This document shows positions 33,981 through 43,634 of a stretch of DNA of 64,000 bases, one piece after another (position 1 is the stretch's first letter; every line of letters begins with the position of its first letter). A model generated the notes under the pieces. The model searched no databases. It was not told where the DNA came from and saw nothing but the letters and a program-made list of their open reading frames with translations. The DNA comes from Trichormus sp. ATA11-4-KO1 (GTDB taxonomy: Bacteria; Cyanobacteriota; Cyanobacteriia; Cyanobacteriales; Nostocaceae): the NCBI GenBank assembly GCA_019358915.1, contig JAHHIM010000004.1, positions 115,920 to 179,919 on the forward strand, read 5' to 3'. The translations under genes and the position numbers were made by a program.

Positions 33981-34589
33981 ATGCCTCGTAAATTTGGTGA
34001 AATTGCCTTCACCCCGGAAGTAAAAGCAGCCCAGGAACAACGAGGTTCAAAGCAGACTTATGAGCGTTATGTCGCCAATGGCCCTGCTAATGATATCGTC
34101 ACTCCCCAAATTGCGGAATTTATTGCTCAACTGGAAGGGTTTTATCTAGGAACAGTTAGTTCCAATGGCTATCCCTACATCCAATTTCGGGGCGGGCCAC
34201 CCGGTTTCCTCAAGGTGCTGGATGAAAAGACCCTAGGCTTTGCTGATTTTTCTGGTAATGTGCAGTACATTACCGTCGGTAATATCTCTGGTAACGACAA
34301 AGCGTTTCTGTTCTTGATGGATTATCGTCATCGTCAACGCATCAAGATTTGGGGTAGAGCCGAATACGTTGAAGGCGAATCCAGCTTACTAGAGCAACTT
34401 CGAGTTCCTAATTATCCCGCAGAGTTGGAACGAGCTATTTTATTCCATGTCGAAGCAACCAGCGAGAACTGTCCCCAACACATTCCCATCCGCTATTCCG
34501 CAAGGGAAGTTGACGCAATGATGGCTCCTTTACAGGCGCGAATTGCTGAATTGGAACAGCAGTTAAGTGAGCAAAATTCTTCTATCTAA
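33981..34589 (+). CDS. Pyridoxamine 5'-phosphate oxidase-like FMN-binding protein
   Basis: PYIQFRGGPPGFLKVLD, FADFSGNVQYITVGN, NCPQHIP. Confidence 0.88.
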   Translation: MPRKFGEIAFTPEVKAAQEQRGSKQTYERYVANGPANDIVTPQIAEFIAQLEGFYLGTVSSNGYPYIQFRGGPPGFLKVLDEKTLGFADFSGNVQYITVGNISGNDKAFLFLMDYRHRQRIKIWGRAEYVEGESSLLEQLRVPNYPAELERAILFHVEATSENCPQHIPIRYSAREVDAMMAPLQARIAELEQQLSEQNSSI

Positions 34590-34728
34590 CAATACCGTTG
34601 CCGTAATACCTGTTTACGGCTCTTTAATCAGGAAATTTTTACCATGCTTGACTAATCTTAAAAGTCTGCGACTCTTGCAGGCTAGTGATTCTAATTAGCC
34701 CAACTAGTGATCGCTCTCTTAATAAGTC

Positions 34729-34769
34729 ATATAATTTATTTGTACTACTTGGAACACACCTCGACTTAT
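34729..34769 (+). repeat. Right copy of the 41-bp imperfect direct repeat
   Basis: 36/41 identical to 27535-27575; includes TATAAT. Confidence 0.8.
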
Positions 34770-34923
34770 ACCATTCCACCAAAACTAAGCAACAGATCCA
34801 AGCGTAGAAACCCTTGTAAAATCTGGCTTGATTAATTTTGAATTGGTATTACCCCTCTGTCAAAACTTAGATGTGTTTGCCCTAGAGGATGGGGAGAATA
34901 TTTATCTAAAATTTAAAATTAAA

Positions 34924-35622
34924 ATGATTCCTATTAGTGACAATATTCGCATCCAGAATAAACCAATTATCAATTATTGGCTAATTGGCATTAACATTGC
35001 TATCTTCTTATGGGAATTAAATCTGGAATTTCGGGGAGAATTAGGTTATTTTATCAAAAATTTCGGTTTAATTCCTGCTCAGATTAGTGGGGCAATTACA
35101 AATGCAATTTATTTCAATCCAGCCGCTTGGGTAGTAGTTGTTTGGCGTTCAACCTCAGTATTTTTTAGCATGTTTCTCCACGGTAGTTTTAGTCAAATTC
35201 TGGGAAACCTGCTATTTTTATGGGTGTTTGGCAAAACTGTAGAAAATGTTCTCGGACATGGGCGTTATTTGGGATTGTATCTCAGTGCTGGTATCTTGAC
35301 AGGAATAACACAAATCCTCATGGAACCGAATTTAACCCTACCATTAATTGGAGCAAATGGCGCGATCGCAGCTATTTTAGGGGCATACGTGATGAAGTTT
35401 CCTCAAGCTAAAATTGACACAGTCATGCCACTATTGATAGTGTACATCCCTATCGATCTGCCAGCTTACTGCTATCTCTTTTGGTGGTTTATACAACAGC
35501 TATTTTATGGTATCGGCAGCTTAAATATTCCGCCATCTGGTGTCAATCCACCCAGCGCCGTTTACTGGGCGCAGTTTGTCGGCTTATTCGTTGGTGGAGG
35601 TTACATGAAACTGAAGAAATAA
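34924..35622 (+). CDS. Rhomboid-family membrane protein, predicted catalytically inactive
   Basis: MIPISD start, SMFLHG..ILGNLLFLWVFG..VE..LG; GANGA replaces GASGA and WAQ replaces WAH. Confidence 0.85.
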   Translation: MIPISDNIRIQNKPIINYWLIGINIAIFLWELNLEFRGELGYFIKNFGLIPAQISGAITNAIYFNPAAWVVVVWRSTSVFFSMFLHGSFSQILGNLLFLWVFGKTVENVLGHGRYLGLYLSAGILTGITQILMEPNLTLPLIGANGAIAAILGAYVMKFPQAKIDTVMPLLIVYIPIDLPAYCYLFWWFIQQLFYGIGSLNIPPSGVNPPSAVYWAQFVGLFVGGGYMKLKK

Positions 35623-35797
35623 TTTTATGTCCGTGACGCACACACATAAAAGTTAATTTTTGTATATGTCTTTTGGCTGAAATCCTTATGTACCGCAGGA
35701 TAGATTGTGTTTTTTATCTAAAGAATCCATACTCAATCAAGGTTATGAGGTACATACTATTGAGATGAAGATTATTTTAGTGTGAGTTGTCTTGTAA

Positions 35798-38326
35798 ATG
35801 CCAGAGGTTGATAGAAATTCCGGCGAATTCACTGATGAATTAGCATCTCTACGACGACGTGTGGCTGAGTTAGAGCAATCAGAGATCCAGTATCAGCAAA
35901 GGCAAGCAGCATTAGAGCAGCAACTGGAAATATTAGCAGCCAAACTAGCAATAGCAGAAAAAAATCCTCAGGTAGAGGTAGCTCTGCAAGAAAGCGAAGA
36001 ACGCCTGAAGCTAGCACTAGATGCGGCTCAAATGGGTTTGTGGGACTGGAATCTGATTACTGGTCAACTGATCTGGTCAGAAAATCATCAACTGCTTTTT
36101 GGTTTAGTTCCAGGCAGTTTTGATAGCACGTATGAGGCATTTCTCCAATGTGTTCATCCAGAAGACCAGCAATCTGTCATCCAAGTGATTATCAATGCCT
36201 TAGCAAAAAAGATTGACTACACCGATGAATTTCGTGTTGTTTGGCCAGACCAAAGCGTACATTGGATTTTTGGCAAGGGAAGATTTATTTATGATGAGCA
36301 AGGACAGGCGGTGCGAATGATTGGAGTTTGTACAGACATTACTCATCGCCAGCAATCGGAAGAAAGCACTCGCCAATTGACGCTCAAGGTTCAAGAACAG
36401 GCAAATATCTTAAATGCGATCCTGGCCGCTTCTGTTGATCATATTTATATTTTTAATCGTTCAGGTTGCTATCAATATATTAGTGATGGTGCCGCCGCTA
36501 TATTGGGTTTAACAAGTCAGGAGATTATTGGTAGAACTGTACGAGAATTGAATTTATCTACAGACCTGATGGCGAAAATAGACCATCAACGCCAAATTGT
36601 GATGACGACTGGACACCCAATCAGAGATGAATGTGAATATATTGCCGCAGATGGGGTACATTTTTATGAATACATCCTCACGCCATTACGCAATAGCGAT
36701 CGCACTATTGAAGGTGTAATCACTGTCTCTCGTGATATCACAGCTCACAAACAGGTGGAACAGTCATTACGCAATAGCGAAGCGAGATTTCGGCGGTTAT
36801 TTGAGTCCAACCTGATTGGGTTAGCTTTTTGGACTATTGATGGTTTCATCACTGATGCCAATGATGCCTTTTTACAGCTGATTGGTTACACTCGCGAGGA
36901 ATTTGTCACCTTAGGTAAAATTAACTGGCGAGAACTCACCCCTCCAGAGTACGAACATTTAGACGATCGCGCGGTCGCCCAGGTGCAAGCGACTGGAGTT
37001 TCCCAGATTTACGAAAAAGAGTATATCCACCGCAATGGTAAGCGAGTACCGATTGTTCTAGGGGTGGCGCTGTTGAATGACTCCCAACATGATGGAGTTG
37101 CTGTGGTGTTGGATATTACCGAACGCCAACTAGCAGAACAAGAATGCGATCGCCTACTGCAAAGGGAACGGTCAGCACGCCAAGAAGCAGAGGTCGCCAA
37201 CCGCATCAAAGACCAGTTTTTAGCGATTCTCTCCCATGAACTACGCACCCCACTCAATCCCATTTTAGGATGGGCAAAATTACTCCGATGTCGCAAGTTT
37301 GATGAAAAAACCGCTAACCAAGCTCTAGAAACAATTGAACGCAATGCCAAATTACAAACTCAATTAATTGAAGATTTATTAGATGTTTCTCGCATTCTCC
37401 AAGGAAAATTGAGCTTAAACATTTATCCAGTAAATTTGGTCATGGTGCTAGAAGCCTCATTAGAAACAGTACGCTTGGCAGCAGATGCCAAGTCAATTCA
37501 AATTCAGACCATAATTGATCCTCATCTGGGACATGTTATGGGTGACCCAAATCGGCTGCAACAAGTTTTTTGGAATCTATTATCTAATGCAGTCAAGTTT
37601 ACACCCATAGGCGGACGGGTAGAAATTCGCCTAGGGGAAGTAGATTCCCAGGCTCAAATTCAGGTCAGCGATACAGGTCAGGGAATTACACTAGAATTCC
37701 TGTCTTATGTCTTCGATTACTTTCGTCAGGCTGACAGCACAACTACGCGCAAATTTGGTGGACTGGGTTTAGGATTGGCGATTGTGCGTCAAGTTGTTGA
37801 ACTGCATGGGGGAACGGTGCAAGCCGAAAGTCCTGGAGAAGGATTGGGTGCAACCTTTACCGTGAGGCTACCGCTTTTGGCAAGGAGCAAACAGGTGATG
37901 TATGAAGAGAATAACCTTGAACTTTTGATTTCTGATTCTCAGCTACTCGCAGGTACACAAGTTCTCGTGGTAGACGATGAAGCGGATATCCGAGACTTAG
38001 TAACCTTTATTCTCCAAGAATATAATGTGAATGTAACTGCCGTGGCATCAGCACCAGAGGCGCTACAGTTCCTATCTCAATCATTACCAGATATTTTAAT
38101 CAGTGATATTGGGATGCCTCAGACAGATGGTTATATGCTGATGCGGGAACTAAGAAAGCGATCGCCAGAACAGGGAGGAAATCTACCAGCGATCGCTCTG
38201 ACAGCTTACGCCGGGGAAATTAATCAGCAACAAGCATTATCAGCAGGATTTCAGTTGCATATCCCCAAACCAGTAGACCCCGAAGCCTTAGTGAAAGCGA
38301 TCGTCAATTTAATTGGTCGAGGCTAA
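35798..38326 (+). CDS. Cytoplasmic hybrid sensor histidine kinase (3 PAS, HisKA, HATPase, REC)
   Basis: PAS/PAC repeats, LSHELRTPL, NLLSNAVKFT, GGLGLGL, C-terminal VVDDE/SDIGMP. Confidence 0.95.
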   Translation: MPEVDRNSGEFTDELASLRRRVAELEQSEIQYQQRQAALEQQLEILAAKLAIAEKNPQVEVALQESEERLKLALDAAQMGLWDWNLITGQLIWSENHQLLFGLVPGSFDSTYEAFLQCVHPEDQQSVIQVIINALAKKIDYTDEFRVVWPDQSVHWIFGKGRFIYDEQGQAVRMIGVCTDITHRQQSEESTRQLTLKVQEQANILNAILAASVDHIYIFNRSGCYQYISDGAAAILGLTSQEIIGRTVRELNLSTDLMAKIDHQRQIVMTTGHPIRDECEYIAADGVHFYEYILTPLRNSDRTIEGVITVSRDITAHKQVEQSLRNSEARFRRLFESNLIGLAFWTIDGFITDANDAFLQLIGYTREEFVTLGKINWRELTPPEYEHLDDRAVAQVQATGVSQIYEKEYIHRNGKRVPIVLGVALLNDSQHDGVAVVLDITERQLAEQECDRLLQRERSARQEAEVANRIKDQFLAILSHELRTPLNPILGWAKLLRCRKFDEKTANQALETIERNAKLQTQLIEDLLDVSRILQGKLSLNIYPVNLVMVLEASLETVRLAADAKSIQIQTIIDPHLGHVMGDPNRLQQVFWNLLSNAVKFTPIGGRVEIRLGEVDSQAQIQVSDTGQGITLEFLSYVFDYFRQADSTTTRKFGGLGLGLAIVRQVVELHGGTVQAESPGEGLGATFTVRLPLLARSKQVMYEENNLELLISDSQLLAGTQVLVVDDEADIRDLVTFILQEYNVNVTAVASAPEALQFLSQSLPDILISDIGMPQTDGYMLMRELRKRSPEQGGNLPAIALTAYAGEINQQQALSAGFQLHIPKPVDPEALVKAIVNLIGRG

Positions 38327-38946
38327 TCTAATTCACGGTTTACAGCCACATCACCAATCCCACGCACAAAAATATCTACACAAGTCTGAATATAATCCTC
38401 ACAACTATAGTCATCTTGGTTGAACTTTGCAGTGCGGCACAGCATTCCCGCTAGTAACATTCCTGTAAACATATCGACTGTTGGTAACGGCTCAATATCA
38501 GGTCTGACAATGCCTCGTTTTTGACTAGCTTGTAAATAATCTACCAATTTTTCCCTTAAAGGCTTGGCAGCTTCTTGGATCATTTGTTTAGCTGCCTCAG
38601 GATGACGTTTAGCTTCCCCAATGAAAGTCCGAATCAAATCTTCGTGTGCTTCCAGCATAGCGTTGTAAAGCTGGGCATAATTCTTTAAGTCAACGTCAAG
38701 ATTCTGTGTCCAGGCTTCTGGATGCGCCAAAGCTTGAGTCTGGAGAGCAGAAGCATTTTCAATGACTGCTCCCAAAAGCTGCTCTTTACTAGCAAAGTGC
38801 CGAAATAAAGTTACCTCATTCACACCAGCAACACGAGCTATTTCACGAGTAGTTGCACCTTGAACACCTAAACTAGCAAATACCTGTGATGCAGCATCTA
38901 TCAAACGTGTACGAGTAAGAGCGGACGAACGGAGACTTTTATTCAT
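38323..38946 (-). CDS. TetR/AcrR family regulator
   Basis: GATTREIARVAGVNEVTLFRHFASKE HTH. Confidence 0.93.
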   Translation of the reverse strand: MNKSLRSSALTRTRLIDAASQVFASLGVQGATTREIARVAGVNEVTLFRHFASKEQLLGAVIENASALQTQALAHPEAWTQNLDVDLKNYAQLYNAMLEAHEDLIRTFIGEAKRHPEAAKQMIQEAAKPLREKLVDYLQASQKRGIVRPDIEPLPTVDMFTGMLLAGMLCRTAKFNQDDYSCEDYIQTCVDIFVRGIGDVAVNRELD

Positions 38947-38955
38947 TAATTGCTA

Positions 38956-38971
38956 GCAAGTACTTACTTAC
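38956..38971. promoter_or_regulatory. Candidate autoregulatory TetR operator
   Basis: GCAAGT-ACTT-ACTTAC imperfect palindrome about 10 nt upstream of the tetR start. Confidence 0.5.
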
Positions 38972-39074
38972 CAGTTATGTCATGTTGTAAAGGTTATTGC
39001 ATATTCAGCCAAATAAGTTTACAAATTATTGCATATCTTTAAAAAACCGATAGCATAATCTGCAATCAATTTCA

Positions 39075-39572
39075 TCATATGGTAGTGGGAGATAATATCT
39101 TACTCATTTTAGTAACTGGAACAACTATACTAGTTCCTAAATAATGAGGCGCTCTTTTAATCGCAGTAAATCCCAGCCGCAAATAAAAGCCTTCAGCATA
39201 AAGACTAGCAGTTGTCAGCACCTGATCCACACCTTGAGTAGCTGCTTCCTCACAAAAATGTTCAACCAAAGCGCGTCCTATACCTTTACCTTGATAATAA
39301 GGATGCACATATAATCCAATAAGTTCATTAACAATAAAACTAGCAAATCCTGTAACAATATCATTTTCCAAAGCCACCCAAAAAGTCTCGACTTGCATAT
39401 TCTTCAAAATATTTTTACCATCAGGCTTATTGCGGTAATTACGCCAAGCTAACAGTTGTTTTCGGGTATAGAAAGTAGTAGGCAGAGCTTTAATAGCAGC
39501 AATATGAATTGCACTCATCATCCACGCATCTGCTTCCTCAGCCAGTCGGAGAGATATTTCATTAGCATTCAT
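39075..39572 (-). CDS. GNAT family N-acetyltransferase
   Basis: LYVHPYYQGKGIGRAL acetyl-CoA motif, AEGFYLRLGF. Confidence 0.9.
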   Translation of the reverse strand: MNANEISLRLAEEADAWMMSAIHIAAIKALPTTFYTRKQLLAWRNYRNKPDGKNILKNMQVETFWVALENDIVTGFASFIVNELIGLYVHPYYQGKGIGRALVEHFCEEAATQGVDQVLTTASLYAEGFYLRLGFTAIKRAPHYLGTSIVVPVTKMSKILSPTTI

Positions 39573-39851
39573 AATTTAATGCTTTCTCGACTTTCTTGTA
39601 CCAGGATATCAAGTTTGCGATCGCACCACGCCAAGTTTACTCTCTTCCCTCCGCGTCTGGAGCGCCTCTGCGTGAGATTTTCATCCCTCTTCATTCCCGC
39701 TTTTCCGCCAGCAAAATCTCCAAATTTTTACGCACAGTCACCGTGTGGGGATGATTTTCTCCGAGGAGGCGTTTATTCAATTCCCAAGCTTGAATTCGCA
39801 TGATTATAAGACGATTGTAGAGTGATATAACCACGCAAACTTCAATGCTCT

Positions 39852-40907
39852 ATGAGTAATTATTTCCGTTCTAATGTTGACGCAATGGCTAGTTATGTAC
39901 CTGGTGAACAGCCACCACGAGGTACACAGATCATTAAACTTAACAGTAACGAAAATCCTTATCCTCCCTCCCCTATGGCGCTAGCCGTGCTGCGAAACAT
40001 CGATGGGGAATGGTTGCGACGTTATCCAGAACCCTTTGGGGGAAACTTCCGCCAAGCTGCAAGTAAAGTCTTGGGTGTTCCCAGTGATTGGATTATTGTC
40101 GGTAATGGCAGTGACGAATTATTGAATTTGGTAATTCGAGCCTGTGCTGAACCTGGACGAAAGGTAGTCTACCCAATGCCAACCTACGTACTATATGTAA
40201 CATTGAGCCAAATGCAGGCTGCGGAAATTGTGGAGATTCCTTACAGTGAAGACTACAAATTACCTTTAGAAGAACTAGTTGCTGCCAATGGTGCTGTAAC
40301 ATTTATTGCTTCACCTAATAGTCCGTCGGGACATGTTGTCTCAATAAATGAGCTGCGGAAACTAGCAAGCCAGTTATCTGGGATTTTAGTAATTGATGAA
40401 GCCTATGTAGATTTTGCTGAAGAGAATGCACTGGATTTGGTTAAAGAATTTGAGAATGTGATTGTGATGCGGACACTTTCTAAAGGATACTCCTTGGCGG
40501 GATTGCGGTTAGGATTTGGGATTGCCAATCCCCAGTTACTGCATGGATTGTTTAAAGTCAAAGATAGCTATAACATTGATGCGATCGCTTGTGCTGTAGG
40601 AACGGCTGCTATTACCGATCAAGCTTATAAAAATGCTTGTGCAGCAAAGGTTAAAGCATCGCGGACTCAATTAGCAACAGACTTGCAAAAACTAGGTTTT
40701 CAGGTTTGGGATTCTCAAACTAATTTTTTGTTGGTGCAGCCTCCACAAGATAACGCCGAATATCTTTATCAAAAGCTGAAAGCACAGAACATCTTAGTGC
40801 GCTACTTCCCGCAGCCAAGACTAGATAATAAATTACGCATCACTGTTGGCACTGATGAACAAAATCAAATTTTAGTAGAAACGCTGACTCATTTACTGCG
40901 AAAATAG
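39852..40907 (+). CDS. hisC: Histidinol-phosphate aminotransferase
   Basis: KLNSNENPY, GNGSDE, SPNSPSG, IDEAY, RTLSKGYSLAGLRLG. Confidence 0.93.
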   Translation: MSNYFRSNVDAMASYVPGEQPPRGTQIIKLNSNENPYPPSPMALAVLRNIDGEWLRRYPEPFGGNFRQAASKVLGVPSDWIIVGNGSDELLNLVIRACAEPGRKVVYPMPTYVLYVTLSQMQAAEIVEIPYSEDYKLPLEELVAANGAVTFIASPNSPSGHVVSINELRKLASQLSGILVIDEAYVDFAEENALDLVKEFENVIVMRTLSKGYSLAGLRLGFGIANPQLLHGLFKVKDSYNIDAIACAVGTAAITDQAYKNACAAKVKASRTQLATDLQKLGFQVWDSQTNFLLVQPPQDNAEYLYQKLKAQNILVRYFPQPRLDNKLRITVGTDEQNQILVETLTHLLRK

Positions 40908-41989
40908 TTAATCACAGCATTAGCGATCGCTTCATTCCCGTCTTTAGGTAGAGGTTGGGATTGCTTTGGTGCTTGGGGTGCTTGATGCAGAAAATCCCAA
41001 GTACCTTGAAAAAATTCTTTTTGGGTAAGAATTTGATGTTGATGGTAATTTACAATACCTTCTAAAAGAAAAGTTGCCTCAGCAAAATCATCACGGGGAA
41101 TCGTCACCATAGGTATATCAAGTTTTGTCGCCTCCGCAAAAGTACCGTAACCAGGTTTAGAAACAACACGCCCACATATCAGCATAAAATCTACAGGACG
41201 GTATTTGCTGCCGCTAATTTGCACTAAATTAGGTAAATTAGGAGCAGATTTATCAAACACAATAAATTGCCAATCGGGAAAATGTCGCAGGTTATCGTAG
41301 GGGATTTGTTGTAAACCCAAGCCACCAAAAGTCATTAAAATTGTTTTTTCTCTTGGTGCAGTGATATCCCAAGTAGCGCGTAATTCATCAGCAGAGTAAC
41401 GTGGAAAACCACCAGTTAAGCCGACATCTGTAATATTACTGAAAGCTGACATCGGTTCGTAAAAAGGCAAACGAAACAAGCGATTCCTACGGAGCGCTTC
41501 GCTATCGCATTTGGAGTAACATTCACTAATCCAATCAGCAATAGCAATAAATTCGCCCCCCCAATCTCTGTAGATAAAGTCCCAGCCAAAATTACTCATC
41601 ATCCAGCAGGGAATATTTGCCGCTTTGGCAAACAAAGGAGCGAGAAAAGGAATATCTGCCAAGATCAGATCAACACGATTTTGCCGGATAAAGTTGACTT
41701 CTGAAGCAATTAGGGAATTTTGATTTTTTTGAATATCCAGCAACTTTGCTAAAGTCGCAGCTTTATCCATTGTCAAGCTATCTGCTTGTACCACACCCAA
41801 ATCAAAAGCACGGGGACGATGAATAAAATCGCCTTCTATATAGCACTCTAGCAACCACCTGGGAGCAGTGGTAGCCATAATTAGCAGCACTTCTGGACAT
41901 AACTTTTGAATTGTGGCAGCAACAGATGCTGTACGAGTAGCATGACCAAAGCCGTGGTTGGTGATGGCTATGTATAAAATTGGACGCAT
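40889..41989 (-). CDS. GT-B glycosyltransferase-like protein
   Basis: HGFGHATR, SNFGWDFIY, VSKPGYGTFAE; carries a 7-aa repeat insertion. Confidence 0.75.
   Translation of the reverse strand: MRPILYIAITNHGFGHATRTASVAATIQKLCPEVLLIMATTAPRWLLECYIEGDFIHRPRAFDLGVVQADSLTMDKAATLAKLLDIQKNQNSLIASEVNFIRQNRVDLILADIPFLAPLFAKAANIPCWMMSNFGWDFIYRDWGGEFIAIADWISECYSKCDSEALRRNRLFRLPFYEPMSAFSNITDVGLTGGFPRYSADELRATWDITAPREKTILMTFGGLGLQQIPYDNLRHFPDWQFIVFDKSAPNLPNLVQISGSKYRPVDFMLICGRVVSKPGYGTFAEATKLDIPMVTIPRDDFAEATFLLEGIVNYHQHQILTQKEFFQGTWDFLHQAPQAPKQSQPLPKDGNEAIANAVINYFRSK
41480..41508. repeat. 21-nt small dispersed repeat splitting a HIP1 site, in frame
   Basis: GCGAT[TCCTACGGAGCGCTTCGCTAT]CGC; removal restores GCGATCGC and CDRLFR. 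Confidence 0.85.
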
Positions 41990-42187
41990 GTTAATTAGTA
42001 ATTAAAGCCGGGGAACGGGGAAGAGTAATCAGGGACTGACAAATAAAAAATATCTCAAAATTTTTTGTAGAGCAGGCATTTTGCCTGCTAATCACCAAGG
42101 ACGGGCTAGATTTGAGTATCTTATTGACTAAGCTAATGAGCATTTAAGTTGCAGAAAATCAGGGCTGAAGCCCTTACTACAAGCGAA

Positions 42188-43384
42188 TTAGTCTGAAAAT
42201 TTGCTAAACCTTTGTATACCCTCAATTAATTGGTCAATTTCTGATTCTAAAGTTAAGTAATGGACTGTGGCGCGGATGCAGTTGGGATCAGCAATTGTGC
42301 GAGTGAATATTCTTTGTGATTCTAAGAATTGCACCAACTTGTAATGTTCTCGTGATTGCTGCTGAGTGAGTTGAAAGGAAACTATACCGCTTGCGGGTGG
42401 AGAAGTTTGCAGAGATTGGACATTAGGTAGTCTTGCTAACTGTCGCCAAAGATACTCAGCCTTATGGCAAATTTGCTGATAACGTTCCTGTGGTGTTCCC
42501 CATTGCTGATGGATGGCGATCGCCTCTTTGAAACCAACATACAACGGATACGCTGATGTTGATACTTCATATCTCCGCCCATCCGATTGCCAGTTTACAG
42601 GTTGAGATTGAGAATCTACAGTAATGCCACGCAAACCAATAAATGTCGGGTGCAAAATTTCTCGTACTTCAGGACGGACATATAAACCACCTACACCAGC
42701 CGGCCCACATAACCATTTGTGACCAGTGAAAGCATAGAAATCTGCCCCCAATTCACTCAAGTTTAAAGGCAATAAACCAACAGACTGGGCAGCATCTACT
42801 AATACCAAGGAATTATTCTGTTTACATATTTCCACAATTTTGTCAAGTGGTAAAACTTGACCTGTATTCCAGAAGACATGACTGAAAATTACTAGGCGAG
42901 TATTGGGACGCAAGTGTTGAGCAACCACTGTTACGGGGTCACCTGCATTTAAAGTCGCCTTCAGGGGACAGGTGGTGACTTCCACAGCAAATCTGCGGGC
43001 AATTTCCCCAGATGCGGCAATTACTCCTGGGTGTTCACAGTCCGAAAGCAGCAGATGGTCACCGGAACGCCACTCAATCCCCCACATGGCTATATTGCAG
43101 CCAACAGTCACATCTTCAGTTAGGGTAATGGTTTCTGGTGGTGCTTGCAACTCAGAGGCGATCGCTTCTCTGAGAGCTTGTTTCTCCTGGCTAATCCAAG
43201 CATAAGCCTCATTACCAAAAGGGCCATTGTGCTGGATGTAAGCTTCGGCTTGGCTAATAGCATCCATTGCTGCTTGGGACATCGGCCCTTGCCCACCATA
43301 GTTAAAATAAGTCTTATTCGCTAAAGCTGGAAACTGTTTTCGATAGTGATGTAATGTCGGTTGTGTGGTAGAAATACTAGTCAT
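42188..43384 (-). CDS. Class V PLP-dependent enzyme, L-cystine/cysteine C-S lyase (C-DES)-like
   Basis: YFNYGGQG, DCEHPG, SHVFWNTG, VDAAQS, FTGHKW. Confidence 0.85.
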   Translation of the reverse strand: MTSISTTQPTLHHYRKQFPALANKTYFNYGGQGPMSQAAMDAISQAEAYIQHNGPFGNEAYAWISQEKQALREAIASELQAPPETITLTEDVTVGCNIAMWGIEWRSGDHLLLSDCEHPGVIAASGEIARRFAVEVTTCPLKATLNAGDPVTVVAQHLRPNTRLVIFSHVFWNTGQVLPLDKIVEICKQNNSLVLVDAAQSVGLLPLNLSELGADFYAFTGHKWLCGPAGVGGLYVRPEVREILHPTFIGLRGITVDSQSQPVNWQSDGRRYEVSTSAYPLYVGFKEAIAIHQQWGTPQERYQQICHKAEYLWRQLARLPNVQSLQTSPPASGIVSFQLTQQQSREHYKLVQFLESQRIFTRTIADPNCIRATVHYLTLESEIDQLIEGIQRFSKFSD

Positions 43385-43634
43385 AGATAGTTCAAAATCT
43401 GATTAACTTTCACAATACCGTAGGTTTGTGGGTGCGACTATCCCACGCCGAGACTAGAGGAGTGAGGGAGTCAACATAATTCGTAATTGATAATAGAGCC
43501 TACGGATGCCGCCAGGCTGTACGTAGTTACAATCAGTGGTAGCTCTGTACCCTCTTTAATTACGAATTACAAATTAGTAATTATTTGGTCATGCTCACTC
43601 CCCAGATAACGCTAATTCTTGTTAACTTAAAGGG

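Noticed and set aside
34828..34923. Longer TTG start for the rhomboid; likewise the extended starts for sufE, cheY and tetR
   Set aside because: Family-like sequence begins at downstream ATGs (34924, 16533, 23346, 33104)
42067..42180. GTAG-footed hairpins (REP-like), and similar repeats at 8432-8460, 12630-12730, 39640-39695 and 43478-43583, as ncRNA genes
   Set aside because: They look like decayed members of common Nostocales intergenic repeat families; no promoter-terminator pair supports a distinct RNA gene
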